This document shows, piece by piece, positions 38,305 through 58,000 of a stretch of DNA of 64,000 nucleotides. The DNA is from Vicugna vicugna (lineage: Eukaryota). How positions within the stretch are numbered: position 1 is the stretch's first letter; the number at the start of each line of letters is the position of its first letter. The notes below the pieces were generated by a model. It made no database searches and was not told the DNA's origin. It was given only the letters and a program-made list of their open reading frames with translations. Where the stretch lies: positions 310,001 through 374,000 of the forward strand of contig MU057398.1 of NCBI GenBank assembly GCA_013265495.1, given 5' to 3'. The translations under genes were made by a program, and so were the position numbers.

Positions 38305-39052
38305 NNNNNNNNNNNNNNNNNNNNNNNNNNNNNNNNNNNNNNNNNNNNNNNNNNNNNNNNNNNNNNNNNNNNNNNNNNNNNNNNNNNNNNNNNNNNNNNN
38401 NNNNNNNNNNNNNNNNNNNNNNNNNNNNNNNNNNNNNNNNNNNNNNNNNNNNNNNNNNNNNNNNNNNNNNNNNNNNNNNNNNNNNNNNNNNNNNNNNNNN
38501 NNNNNNNNNNNNNNNNNNNNNNNNNNNNNNNNNNNNNNNNNNNNNNNNNNNNNNNNNNNNNNNNNNNNNNNNNNNNNNNNNNNNNNNNNNNNNNNNNNNN
38601 NNNNNNNNNNNNNNNNNNNNNNNNNNNNNNNNNNNNNNNNNNNNNNNNNNNNNNNNNNNNNNNNNNNNNNNNNNNNNNNNNNNNNNNNNNNNNNNNNNNN
38701 NNNNNNNNNNNNNNNNNNNNNNNNNNNNNNNNNNNNNNNNNNNNNNNNNNNNNNNNNNNNNNNNNNNNNNNNNNNNNNNNNNNNNNNNNNNNNNNNNNNN
38801 NNNNNNNNNNNNNNNNNNNNNNNNNNNNNNNNNNNNNNNNNNNNNNNNNNNNNNNNNNNNNNNNNNNNNNNNNNNNNNNNNNNNNNNNNNNNNNNNNNNN
38901 NNNNNNNNNNNNNNNNNNNNNNNNNNNNNNNNNNNNNNNNNNNNNNNNNNNNNNNNNNNNNNNNNNNNNNNNNNNNNNNNNNNNNNNNNNNNNNNNNNNN
39001 NNNNNNNNNNNNNNNNNNNNNNNNNNNNNNNNNNNNNNNNNNNNNNNNNNNN
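38305..39052. other. Assembly gap (~750 N) covering the SLC6A8 core promoter and most of the 5'UTR
   Basis: Run of N flanked by CpG-island sequence on both sides. Confidence 0.99.
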
Positions 39053-45890
<6,838 letters not shown>

Positions 45891-46055
45891 CAGGCATCCC
45901 AGCTCCCATCACCAGCTCACCCTCTTGTAGCCATAGCAGCCCCTGCTTTAGTCCCCCACCCCTCCAGGGGAACTGCCTTTCCCTGACACCCCTGGGGTGG
46001 GGGAAGGGGAAGAAGCACCAGAGTGCTTATAACTAAAATAATCTTTTCCATTTTT

Positions 46056-46061
46056 AATAAA
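46056..46061 (+). terminator. SLC6A8: SLC6A8 proximal polyadenylation signal AATAAA
   Basis: AATAAA ~165 nt after the stop, preceded by a U-rich tract. Confidence 0.6.
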
Positions 46062-47234
46062 ACGCCAAAAATATCACAACCCACCAAAAATAGATGCCTC
46101 CCCAACCCCGCCCTTAACCAAGCTGGTGCACAGGCTGCTTCCCAGGCCCTGCTGCCCACCCTCCAGTGCCCGCTAGTCACGTCTCAGCCGACCCTGCTGT
46201 GCCCTGCCCGCCTCCAGGCTCTGCCCAACACACCCTTGGGTGGCCCCTCACCCCAGAGGCAACAGTGGCAGCTTGATGAACAGGAGGGCAAGAGAGGGGG
46301 GGAAGGGGGAGGGATGGGCAGCAGAACCAAGGCGAATATTTCAGCTGGGCTAGACCCCCTCTCCCCATCCCTACTCTAGAAGCTTAAGAGAGCCAGCCAG
46401 GAAGGGGACCTCCCGGTTCCTGCACCAATTGCCACCAATATCAATTGTGTGAGCTTGTGTATGAGTGAACGTGTGCGTGAGCATGTAGGTACATACAGAT
46501 CTCTCTTAGCAAAGGTGAATACCAGGTGTAAACTGCCTGTGGGCAAATGAGGCTTGTATTTTGCACATTTTATAAAAACTTGAGATTTCTGCTTGTATAT
46601 TTCTAAAGAGAAAACACCCTGATGTCCTCCTTGCCACTCCCCCATCCATTTCTGCCCGTCCCTTTCAGCCCCTTATACCTCTGCCCCAGCCAAGGAGTGT
46701 GAATTTATAGCTCTAATTTTCATAGGCAAAACAGAAGCTTCAAGTGTGTGTCTGTCGTGTGGGTGCGCATGTAGTCTCTGGCCCCAGCCTGGGGCAGAAA
46801 AGTGCACAGCAGGGGCCTCAGTGGGTATCCCCACATCCCCCCTCCGCCCCCAAGTGGGCGGGGTGAGTGAAGGCAGCTCTGGCGGGGATCTGGGGCTGCT
46901 CACCTGGCTTGCTCAGGCTTGCCCACGCCCTGGCCCCTGGGCTGGGCGCTACTGCTACCTATGCAGGGATCTGAGGTGGGCCCCAGCCTGGGAGGGATCC
47001 TGGGCGTGGCGCCCACCTGCGAGCTTAAGGCTGATGCACCCGCCACGTCTCAAGTCCTCTGAGTAGCAGCTTCACTAAACCCACATCTGTCACGTCCAAT
47101 CCCCACACAGCCCAGTGGGCCCAAGAGAGACTGGATCCCCCCGCACCAATGTCCGCTGGAGGGGTGGGGCTGGGTGAGGGCGGGGGTCCAGCGGGGACAT
47201 TCTTACTGTGCTAAAAATCCACTGCAAACATAGC

Positions 47235-47240
47235 AATAAA
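47235..47240 (+). terminator. SLC6A8: SLC6A8 distal polyadenylation signal AATAAA
   Basis: AATAAA followed by U/GU-rich sequence; interspersed repeats begin shortly after. Confidence 0.8.
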
Positions 47241-47639
47241 AACATGCTGTTTTCCAAAGCTGGCTTCTGTCCCTCTGCTTGTATTGTGGGGTGAGGGTTG
47301 GGGGGAGAGATGGGCAGGGACTGAGGCTCAGGGGAGGTGCAGGTGGAGGCCTCCCACCTCAAGCTGAGCTGCTTCTGGTCAAGTGTTTGTTCTGAGGGTC
47401 TCTGCGCCGGGCTCTGGAGATAGAGCAGGGAAGGCAGCTGGCAGAAAGCCTTTTCCCCAGGGAGCTGACACACTTGGGGAGAGGGTAACAGTAGGCTAAA
47501 GACGGACACGCCGAGATGGGAAGGGGGAAGTCGGGCACCGAGGTGTCTGAAGGTTGCTCGAATGATGCACTGAACAAGTGCCCTTCCAAGGGGCAGGCCA
47601 GGTAGAGAGCTGGGGAGGAGGCTCCAGCAGAGCCCAGGG

Positions 47640-48110
47640 AAGGTGGACGTCACTTGGACCAGGGCCCTAGCACTGCAGGTGAGAAGTCTTCAGATCAGGG
47701 ACAGCAGTGTCATCAGAGTAGAGATGTCTAGTCAGCAGGTGGACAGAGTTTGCAGATCTGGAAAGTCTGGACTGGGGACAGAACTTTGGAGGGTCTCACT
47801 ACATAAAGATGGCCCTGAAATCCCTGAGCCCGGATGAGTGAACCAAGGTCGGGGGGGAGGGCGCGGGGCATGGGCCACTGTAGAGGGAGAAGCGGCACCA
47901 GCACTGAGCCCTCCTGGGATACTCAGAGCGGGTAGAGAAGAGGGGGTTTGGGAGGGGCCCCAGAGTTCCAGGCTGGTCCTGGAACCCGTATGAGGACCCC
48001 TAGGCATCAAGGAGGGAGCGATGGGCTCTGTCAGGTGATGCCAATGGTCGAGGGAGAAGAGGCCCGAGACCGCTCGCTGCGTTTGGTGACAAGACCATGG
48101 AGACCTGGAC
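47640..48110 (-). mobile_element. L2 fragment, antisense
   Basis: GTAGAGATGTCTAGTCAGCAGGTGGA...GTCTGGACTGGGGACAGAACTTTGGAG resembles reverse-complemented L2. Confidence 0.55.
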
Positions 48111-48146
48111 AAGAGAGGTTCGGGGTAGGGGGAAGGGCGAAAGAAA

Positions 48147-48760
48147 GGGGTGGAAGCAACCCAAGTGTCCACCAACAGAGGAATGGAAGAACAAAACAGG
48201 ATCCATCCACACAATGGAAGTGTTCAGTCTTAAAAGGAATGAAATGCTGACACCTGCTACCACATGGCTAAACCTCAAAGACATTATGCTCAGTGGAAGA
48301 AATCAGTCACAGAAAGACACATAATGTGTGACTCCACTTCTACAAGGTCCCTGGAGTAGTCAAATTCAGAGACAAAAAGCAGCGTGGTGAGTGGCAGCGG
48401 CTGGGGGTGGGGGGCTGAGGTGAGGGTGGGACAGGAAGGGAGCTGCATTCTGGGAAGACACTACAGCTCTGATGGTGACGAAGGGGACGACTGCACAGCA
48501 ATGTGAATGTCCTCAGTGCCCCTGAACAGTCATCTTAAAACTGGTTAAAATGAAAGTTTGAATAAAACACTGTATAGCACAGGGAAATATACACAAAATG
48601 TTATGATAAATCACAGAGAAAAAAATGTGACAATGAGTGTGTATATGTCCATGAATGACTGAGAAATTGTGCTGAACACTGGAATTTGACACAACACTGT
48701 AAAATGATTATGAATCAATAAAAAATGTTAAAAAACATACATTTCAGCACAATTTCAAAG
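48147..48760 (+). mobile_element. L1MB-like 3' end with a younger 5'-truncated L1 tail inserted at ~48570-48735
   Basis: GGAAGCAACCCAAGTGTCCA...CATTATGCTCAGTG...GGTTAAAATG. The insert CTGTATAGCACAGGGAAATATACACAA...TGACACAACACTGTAAA...CAATAAAAAA resembles artiodactyl/camelid L1 tails. Confidence 0.85.
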
Positions 48761-51252
48761 AAGAGATGGGGAAGAAGCAAAGAAAGCGAACCCATTCGGG
48801 GCCCCTACTCCACCCAGAGGAATGGGAGGGAAGAAGAGCATGACTGGCAGGGGAGCAGGGGCCCGCCCGGCCATCAGGCAGGGGGTGGGGGTCAAGATTT
48901 GGGAGCCTGCTGCCCACTCTAGATGCCAGCCTGGGCAGAAGGGAGGTGGTGGCCCTTCAGACAGAAGTGACAGCTTGCTCCTCTGCAGTCCCTCTGAGAT
49001 CACTCCCTCTCTTCAGCAAGGCACAGTCCCCTTAGTGAGGAGAGGGCTTTAGATTGCAACCATCCAGCCAGGGGCAGGCTCTGGCTTGTGACACTGCCAC
49101 CAGCCCACGCTCTGATGGTCACCAAGAACCTGGACAGGGGATGGGTCACTGCATAGCTGGGGAAGGAGCATCAGCTGAGCAGGCACTGCCCCAACACAAG
49201 CTGGGTCCTGAGAGCCTGTGCCGGCACAGAGCGGCGCCTCCCAGGCGGGGCTGCAGCCCGGCCCCTGCAGGCCCTGCCCAGCAGACACCTGGCAGCCCAA
49301 TCTTCCAACCCAACCCTTGTCTCTCCTTTAATAAGACTTCTCACCCTACAGTCTGTGCTCCTGCCGCACCCACAACTTCAAGAACCCCGAGGGCTAGCAG
49401 CTCCCACATCTGCAGCCTGGCTCTCCTGAGATGAGAAGGCCCCCTCACACGGCGCCCTGCCCCCATCAACTCCTCCATCAATGGTCCCTGCCTCTCCTGC
49501 AGCCTGGCCTGTTGTCACTCTCAGGCCCCTGCCACTCCCCACCCGGACTCACATCAACTCCTTCACATCTCCACTCCCCCGATTGCAGCCAGGCCTTCCT
49601 TGGCTCAGGTCCTCGGTACCTCTTGCCAAATGGCTTCCAAGCCACCTGCCACAAGGCCACCAAAGACTCAGAAAACTTCAACATCACAGGAAAGGGAAAT
49701 TGACAGAGGTCACACCACTTGGCCAGGGACCTGAGAGCGGCAGGCAGGCACCACTTACTCGGGACTCTGTGATAGGGGCTGAGGATACAGGGATCGGCAG
49801 TCTAGTAGGAGAGACAAGGAAAGAAATGGATCAGCCCAAGGGCACCCACGGGGTTACCAGAGCTAGGGGCGAGACTGGGGATTCTGTCGGGCACAGCAGG
49901 GACAGTCTCCTTTAGAGAGTGGAGGGTGCTGGAGGAAGACCCCTGGCGATGCGCCAGAGTGGGTGGGTTGCTGCAGATGGCCCTTCAGTCTAGCCTGGGC
50001 CAGCACCTTGCTTTTCACCTTCAAGAGTCTGAGTCCTGACAAGGTGCTCCAAAAGTGGCTGTGTGCAGGTTCTCCCCTTCTGCACAGTCCAGGGCCTGAC
50101 ACCAAGGAGGTTCAGGGGCCACCTGGGGCTGGCCAGGGAAGAGCCTGAAGCCACACCATCTGGACTTTGGCCTGCAGAAGTTCAAAGAAGGGTGAGCTCA
50201 GGGAGCTGAGGTAGTCAGGGAACACTTCCTGGAAAAGTGGGACTAGCCCTCAGCCTTGGCATAGCAACCAGAGGGCGTCACCTATGGGCTCCCTCCCCGG
50301 CAGACACCACCTAGCAGGCTGCTTGGAAAGAGGCGGCACCCTCAGGAGAAGGTGGGGAAAGGACACTGGCAGAGGGAGCCACCAGACTGGGCCTGGCAGA
50401 AGGAGCCGGCACGCAAGGCTGGCTGTCAGCACCAAAACATCCGTCTTCAGGCGCCCTGTCATTCTACCCACCCACCATCCGCGAGGCCAGCAGAGGATGA
50501 GCGGCCCAGGCCCCTGTCCCAGGCCCGGTGCTCAGGCGGGCCCTGAGCACTAGGCCTTGCTCAATGGAGGCCACCTGCCAAAGCCAGCCTGGGAGGCTGC
50601 CGAGCGGGAGCCCACAGCAAGAGCAGGTTCGGATCTGAGCAGGGTGGGGCACCAACACGTTCACGGCAGGCGGGGCACCTGATCCATCTAAAGCCCTCCC
50701 CGCTGCCTAGCTCTGCCCTGGGCCAGTCATAGGTCACTGCCAAGGGCGAGTCTCCTCTCTCAGTCAGCATTAGTCAGAGGTCATCCTGCAAAACTTCAGG
50801 AGGGGGTGGGGCAGGGAGTGACTGATGGCAAGCCGCCATGTTCTATCTGTCCTTATGTGATGAAAAGAACTCAGATGAGTCTGCCACCCGGAAGCCCCAC
50901 CAGTTTACCGCATCTCCCAAGCTCCCCTGGCCCCAGCGGCCAACCCCCAGGGAGACCAATAGGACAGACACGCCCCACATAGCCATAAAGCAGTGCCTTG
51001 CCTGGGGAGCAGGAGGCAGAGGGGCAGAGAGGGCAAGTGTGAGCCTGGGCCCAGCCTGGGACGAGGGAGCCTTCAGGGATTAGAACAAACTGAAACTGCC
51101 CTGAAGGCCTCCAGAGCAAAGACCAGGGGTCTCTGTCCCAGCTGCCTGCCACGACCTTCCAGGGCGCTCCAGGGCAGGGGGGTAGGGAAGCGTGAGGAGG
51201 CCTCCTCGTGGCCTCAGTTATATGCACGCACCACAGACACATCACAACAACC

Positions 51253-51258
51253 TTTATT
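51253..51258 (-). terminator. BCAP31: BCAP31 polyadenylation signal AATAAA
   Basis: TTTATT on the + strand, ~325 nt downstream of the stop and followed by GU-rich sequence on the minus strand. Confidence 0.8.
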
Positions 51259-51581
51259 GCCCCAAGAGAAACTCTACTCTTCCTGCTCCACCTGCCCTCC
51301 TGCAGGACCAGAGAAAAGGGGCCTTGGAGCCCCGAACATCAACACGCAACATAAAGGGGCTCAACCCAGAGGAAGCAAGCCCCACCTCAGCCGGGTTCCG
51401 GGTGCCTGCCTCGCTCATCCTGGGTGGGAGCAGGACCCCTATGGAATGCCGGGAGAGCATGAACTGCAAGCATGCAAGGGAACGGAAGCAGAAGGGAGCG
51501 AGCCGAAGTACCGCGGGAGGCCGGGCTCTCAGGAAGCAGTGAGCGTGGGCCAGGTGGCAGCCAACCGCAGGCGGGGAGCCC

Positions 51582-54500
51582 TCACTCCTCCTTCTTGTCC
51601 GAGGGACCATCTACTGCCACCTGGAAAGGGGACAGAAATTGCAAAGCAGAGGTTTGGCAGGGCACACTCCTCCCCTGCGCCTTCTGGCCCCTCCACCCCA
51701 GAGGCCCAGCACAGCGCCCCTTCTTCTCCAAATGACAGATGTCCAGATGAGCGAGGGACTGTACCCATCAGCAGCATCCAAAGGTCTACCAGGGAGGGAG
51801 TGGCTCTAACTCTAATGAAGGCCAAGGCCCTGACCCCAGCCAGGGGGCCCAGCTGGAGGCCTCCGCTGTCACTCTTTCCTTACAGCCCCCAAGCCCGCAC
51901 CAACACCTTCTCTTGGGCCTCACTCGCCCCCACCCTCACACCCACGGCAGCCTCGGCATTTGAGTCGCTTCCAAGTCCTAGTTCAGGATCTTCCCAACTC
52001 TGCACACCTTCCACAGGTCCTGCTGGTGAGCCTGCCCCATACTGAAGTTGTCAGGTCCTCTCTCCACCCTCCGTGCTGCCCAAACTGGGGCCGCCAAGCG
52101 CTGAGTCAAGCTGTCACAACCCAGCGGCGTTTCCCTGGCCTTCATGCCTGACTGCCAGGCCACCTGAGCCTCCAGGTACAGGTGGTCTGAGGACTGAGAC
52201 CAGCACTACGGGTGGCCATGACTGGTCCCTGCTGTCTGGGGGCTGCCTGCGAAGTCCAGAGCTCTTTGCCCCACATCACCCCGCAGCCCCTCTGGAGGGA
52301 AGGCCAGTAGCTGGTCCTGGAGTCTCCCCTGCACGTCTCTGTCTAGTACTTGATGGGGCCCTTTGGTGGACCTGAACCAAGTCAGAGGCCCCCCACCATG
52401 GACTAGGGCTCCTGCTCAAGGGCACTGATGCCGGGCATGAGGCCAGCAAGGCCCACGGTGCAGAGCGCCTTAGAAGGTAGCTGTCATCTGCCAGGCCACA
52501 TCCCTCTTGCCTAAGGCAGCTTTCAGCTGCTGGGCCCAGACTGGCACCAGACTCAGCAGCAACAGAGAGAAAAGGGGGGAATGGGAGGGGAAGCAGCCAG
52601 CCCGCTGCCAGGGCCTCTTCAAAGGGGACAGGTGGGCACCGAGGCTGAGGGACGGGGTGGTGGGGGGTGAGGTGTGTGTGCTTCGTTCCAACAGAGCAGG
52701 CTGGGTGTGCCAACCTGCAGCCTGGCGTGTTCCTCCAACAGGCGGTCATACTCCTTGGTCAGGCCCTCAGACTGCTTCCGCATGGCCAGAGCCTCGTTTT
52801 CAGCTTTCTCCAGTTCTGGGGATGAGACGTGGTGAAGGGGGGAAAATAAAAAGATGAGGAGTAGGGAGAAAACATCCATTTGCTGCAGATACCAGATGCA
52901 GCCGTCCCAAACCCGTCCCCACGAGGGTGTCTGGGAGACCACTCCTCTCCAGGAAGCTCCTCAGCCAGCTGCCCTGAGAGTCTCCAAGGCAGGGGAGGGC
53001 TGGCTGACCGAGCCAGGGAAAGCAGGATATCCAGGACCCCCCCCAAGCCCCTTTATTGGAGGAAGCCTGAGTGTTCTCAGCAGGGGTGACTTCAGGGAGG
53101 CTGACAGCACAGGACAAACATTCTGAGACTGTTGGGATAAGGGCAGGGCGCAGGGAGCAGAGCCGCAGCCTCAAAGCTGAGAGATGTGTCGGGAGAGGCC
53201 TTTGGGAAGGGAAGCAGATAGGAACATCTCAACCAGCTCTGATCCAGCCTCCCGAGCGCCTTCCTTCCCCATCCACCAGGCCCCTGGTGCCAATGCGCAG
53301 AGCTCCAGTCCCCGTGCCTGGCAGTGGAGCAGCTGCTCTGGAATTAGCTTCCTGGCCTCTGGGGCTCCTGGGCCCTCCTCGGGGGAACCTCGCCTGGCTG
53401 TGTTTGGGCTGGACGATCCGGGAGTCATTCATTTGTTTTCACTCGACTCCTGAGCCTGCACTTGAGTTTATGATTAATACTTCAGCACGAGAGGTGCAGC
53501 AGCCCCCGGTGGAGGCTCCAGATCTGTGGGGCCGGGAGGCTCTGAGGACAACGCTCACTCTGCTTGCTGACAGCCAGCTCGTCCTTCAGCCGCTTCAGAT
53601 CAGCCTTCAGGCTCCTGTTCTCTTCCTCCACCTTCACATCGGAGTCCCTGCCATCCAACTTGACGCCACCAACAACAGCCTCCTAGGAAGAGTGCCAGGG
53701 GCCCGGGTTACTCAGGAGGGCGGGAGGGAGTAGGGAGGGACTCCAGCTCCGTCCTCCCCACTGAGCTGTGATTCCTCAAGCTGCCCCAGGCACTTGCCCC
53801 TTCGGAAATGTCAGCACAGAACTGGGCCACCACTTGTTCCCAGCCACCAGGCAAAGCCCAGGGCCAGCAGGGCCACCTGCTGCAGCTCACAGGCCACTCG
53901 CCCTGCCTGCCCTGGCCCTCAGCCCTGCCTCCTTTCTCAGCAGCTCTTGGAGTCTACCAGTCCATCCAATGACTCAATTTGCTGTCATCTGGGGATTTCT
54001 GCCAGTCACCCCCAACTCTGAATGCCCTTCCTTCCTTCCTTTCCCCAAGCTCCACAGCTCACTACGGCCAAAGAGCCCCAGGCTCACCCTGGCCCATCCA
54101 ACTCTATCCTGCCTCTGAATCCAAGTCCATTCATCTCCTTCCCAGCTTGGCTCACATATCACCTCCTCTGACAAACCTTCTAGGACTGCCCTGCCTCGGC
54201 CCCAGCTGGTAGCAATCCTCGGGAGACCAGGGGTCTTATCTTGCATTCTTCTGTGCTACTTGCCCAGTGTCCCAGCTAGGCCCATTAGGGAACGAGTTTT
54301 ATCAGCAAAGAGTCTGGCCTGGATGTAGCGGGTAGAGGCGAGAGAGCAGCAAGGGCGCCCCCCGTCTCACCGAGTCCCCCAGGCCCTCTCATACCACCCC
54401 CACCCCGCCCGCCCAAAACCGCCCCTCCACCCAACCGCTTCACTTTTCTGACAAGAGCAGTGTCACACATTTCTCAGTCTGATAGGGTGACGGTGGCCAC

Positions 54501-54688
54501 TGTGGCCCCTAAAGAACGTCACACATGGCAGGGCTGGACAGGCAGAACTCACCTTCTTCAGCTGGTCATTCTCCTCCATGTACTTCTTAGCTGCTTCGCT
54601 AGCACTCTCTGCTTGCTTTTTAAAGGCTTCATTAGAGGCCAGCAGCGTGGCCTGCTGGGAGATGAGAGTCACCAGGCGTCTAAGCAGA
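51582..54688 (-). CDS. BCAP31: B-cell receptor-associated protein 31, 3' part (5' exons lie beyond the window); complement join of 54688..54553, 53682..53559, 52815..52715, 51620..51582
   Basis: LLRRLVTLISQQATLLASNEAFKKQAESASEAAKKYMEENDQLKK / EAVVGGVKLDGRDSDVKVEEENRSLKADLKRLKDELAVSKQ / KLEKAENEALAMRKQSEGLTKEYDRLLEEHARLQ / VAVDGPSDKKEE*. KKxx ER-retrieval end; GT-AG junctions in phase. Confidence 0.97.
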
Positions 54689-57199
54689 CTGCAGTCGTTT
54701 ACAAAAGGAAAGGAAAAATGAGCAAAAGAAAGACAGAAAAACGGCTAGCGCCAACTTCTTTCGGTTGCTCCCACTCTACACCTGCCTCCAGCCTAGACCT
54801 GAGCCCACCGGATCGCTGAGGCCACCGAGTGCCATGCCACCGGCATCTGGATCTGGCAACCCAAGGGGAAAGATGGCGCCGGGAGCTCTCCTCCGCCACC
54901 AGAATGATGAACAGTGCCTCAGAAAGGCCGCCCGCAGCCCTGGGGCTCCCTTCCAGGCCCGAAGGCACAGGAAAACAGGAGCTACGGTCAAAAGGTCTAG
55001 AACCCGGTGCTTTCTGAGTCAGGGCCTCGGCGTGCCAAAGAAGCCACAGTGCCATTTTCCTCACTGTGAGGCCTCGCTCAACAAGAGCAGCTTGTGCCTG
55101 AGGGGACCTCCAACAGACTGGCCGGATCCTGGAGCCCATGGCTGCCCCCATTTCACGAAAGGGAGACTGAGGCTCAGCCGGCTGGGGCAATTGGTCAAGG
55201 TTAAGAGCCAGAGACAGACTGTAGCTGGACTGTAGACGCCTGTCCCTCTGACCCCAAGGCCTGAACTGGGAACCACCCCATGTTCTCAGCTTCCAGGGAC
55301 CCACTCCCCAGGCCAACTGAGAGTGATGGAAATGACTCCTCTCTTCACCCCTTCCCAGATGTAGTCTGCAAGCAGCTGCCAGAGCACAGCTATTCGATAA
55401 CATTACCACACTGAGGCTTTCTGGGGCAGGGCAGACAGAAAATGAATACTAGGAGCCCAGGTGCACATCTGAGGTCCAGACCAGCCATAAAAGGCAAGCA
55501 GGTGGCAGCTGGGGCACACGCCGCTCCATTCCTGACAGCCACCTTGCCCTGAGATGTCGGCCAGCAAGAGAAGAGAGGACAGGGACTCCCTCCACTTGCT
55601 GAGAAAGACACAAGCTCAAATGGTCACAGGGAGGCACAGAGGGGTGAGGGGACACTCTGCCCACACACTTGGGATGAGCCTGGCCAGCCATGGCTCCAAG
55701 AGAGGCACGGAGTGCACAGAGGCCCCAGGGAAGAGGGGAGGACTCAGTGTGTCCGGGGTATATCCACAACGAAGTGCTCGTCAGAGGAGACAAGGCAGCC
55801 CGGGCTGCCTGCTCCCAGCACCTTTTCTGGCCTGTGCAGGGCTCTTGTGGACACCCGCTGCTCAGACAGCACAAGGGGACAAGCGGACGAAGGGACAAGG
55901 GAGGGACGGGAGCAAAGGAAGTGTCTGGTTCTCCCTGGCTGGGCCCCGGCAGAGCCCCCTCCATGAAGGAGCACTTAGGCGGTGGCTCACAGGGACTGTG
56001 AGGCACCCATCACACTTCCTGGTTCAGGGAGAGGCTCCAGGGGCCCCTGTCAGGACGGGAGAGCCAGGCCACTGGTTTCTGGCAGGAGGGAAGAGTTTCC
56101 AGTGACATGTGCTCTCTAAAATTAGCGACTGGGACCTCGTGGCCCAGGGCTCAGGTTTCCCTGTCTCAGCCCCAACTGCCCACCAGCCTGCCCCCGACTG
56201 GGCAGAAGCCTTAGCAGTGGAGGGAGCTCCCGAGTGCCCAGGAGCCAGAGGGAGGCAAGGTGCCTGAGTCACATCGGCAGGGTGGCAGTCACCAGAGGAG
56301 CCCAGAAAGAAAGGCAAGTCTGACTGAGCCCTAACCTCGTACGCACAGAGCGCCCAGAGCTCTGAGCTGATCCCAGTGATGTGGGGCAGGCCACTCCTCC
56401 CAGCTGGAGACTGGGTTGGGGGGAGGGCACGTGTGCCACCTGGCGGACCCAGCAAGCAAAGACGGAGTGGGCAAGCCTGAAGGTGATGCTCCCCACCTCC
56501 ACCTGCTTCCCCAACAAGGCTGGGCAGGCAGCTGACATGGGCAGGACTCCAGCAGTGCTGTGAGTGACCACAGCTGTCGCCCCAGTTACCCAGGAAGGCT
56601 GGGCCTCGGGCGGTGATGGCAGCGATGACCACAACAGTGCAGTAGGGGCCCAGCTCTCCTCTGTGCCCTCCCGGCCCCACCTCAGTTATGGAGAACCAGG
56701 GCTGCCAACAAGAGCCCGGGCAATCATGCAGAGTCCAGCACAAGAGCACAGGGGCCTCGCGAAACCTCAGCCAGCTCAGTGCCCCAACTTAGGGTCTCCC
56801 CTCAGCAAGCGCCTGCAGGAGCCTCCAGGGTAGGTGCACCACCCCCGCCACGTGTCTTTCACGCCAACCCCGTCCTCTCCTTTCCTGTTAGACCTGTTCT
56901 TCCAACCCTGCCCAAGATTCTGGCTAATTCCTCCCTCCAGGAACCTCACTCCTCAAGGCTCTCCGTTCTACCAGCCCAATCCCCTCCCCCTCCCCCTCCA
57001 TTCCTCAACCTACACCAACCTAGGCCCTGCCCTGTCCTTGCCACCAGCAGGGCAACTCGTGCCCTAACCACTTGACTCAAGGAGTCCTAGGGGCACCAGC
57101 TCCGTAGCACCTGGCACAACTGACAAGTCACCTCCTCGGGATTCTCCCCTACCCCTGCCTCAAGCAACCCCCACTGCCCGCCAATCTCATCCCTGAGAG

Positions 57200-58000
57200 G
57201 GTTGACCTCAGCCAGAGCCATACACCCAGCCATCTGCTAATCAGTGGCTCCTGGGTGTTCCCAAGACACACTCGACTGAGCTGGTCCAAGACAGGCCAAC
57301 TGCCCCGTGCCATGCTGCAGAGGAGGGTGTCTCTGATCTACCCGAGCTCTCGGGCCTGCATGCCACCTTGGGCCCCAGTCATCCCTGCATCCAATGGGAT
57401 AGCCCTCACTGCTTCCTTCCCAGGTGACTTTAACAGTTCCTAGCTGGCCTCCCCCCTCTGCCCCTCCACCGTACAGCTTTCATATCCATGTCCCCAGGAA
57501 AGCTAGTGATCTTTCTCCAAGACAATCTGATCATGTCACCACTCTGCTTCGATCCCTCCAATGCCTGCCCACTGCCTTTGGCTGGCACCCAGCCCTCTGC
57601 GAGCTGGCTCTTGTCCCTTCACCACCCACATGGCCCTCTGCTCCAGTAACACCAAACCACTGGCTGTTCTGGGAACACGCCGGGTCCCTGCTTGCCTTGT
57701 CTCATGCCACTGCACGTCAGCTGGCCAGTCTGCAACAGCTTCTCCCGTTCTCGAGAACTCTTGCCGATGACTCAAGACCAGCTCAACCACCCCCTCCCCT
57801 AGAAGCCTCTCCTGAACCTCCCCTGTCCCCCTTCCGGGTGTTCCTGCAGCAGCCTCCCTCCCTGCCCCTCATCTGGCTGCATCGTTCCTGCCTGTTCTGC
57901 TATCATCACCCGCACCGCATGGTGATGGTCACTGGCTCCTCATCTGGTGGCCCAGCTACAACCACCTTCAGGCTACGACTACACCTTTGATCTCCAGATG
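57200..58000 (+). mobile_element. L2 fragment in a BCAP31 intron
   Basis: CAATCTGATCATGTCACCACTCTGCTTCGATCCCTCCAATG is an L2 motif. Boundaries approximate. Confidence 0.65.

Noticed and set aside
50993..52045. 350-aa + strand ORF antisense to the last BCAP31 exon
   Set aside because: GTG start, Pro/Ser/Ala/Gly-rich with no recognisable domain; expected by chance in GC-rich DNA.
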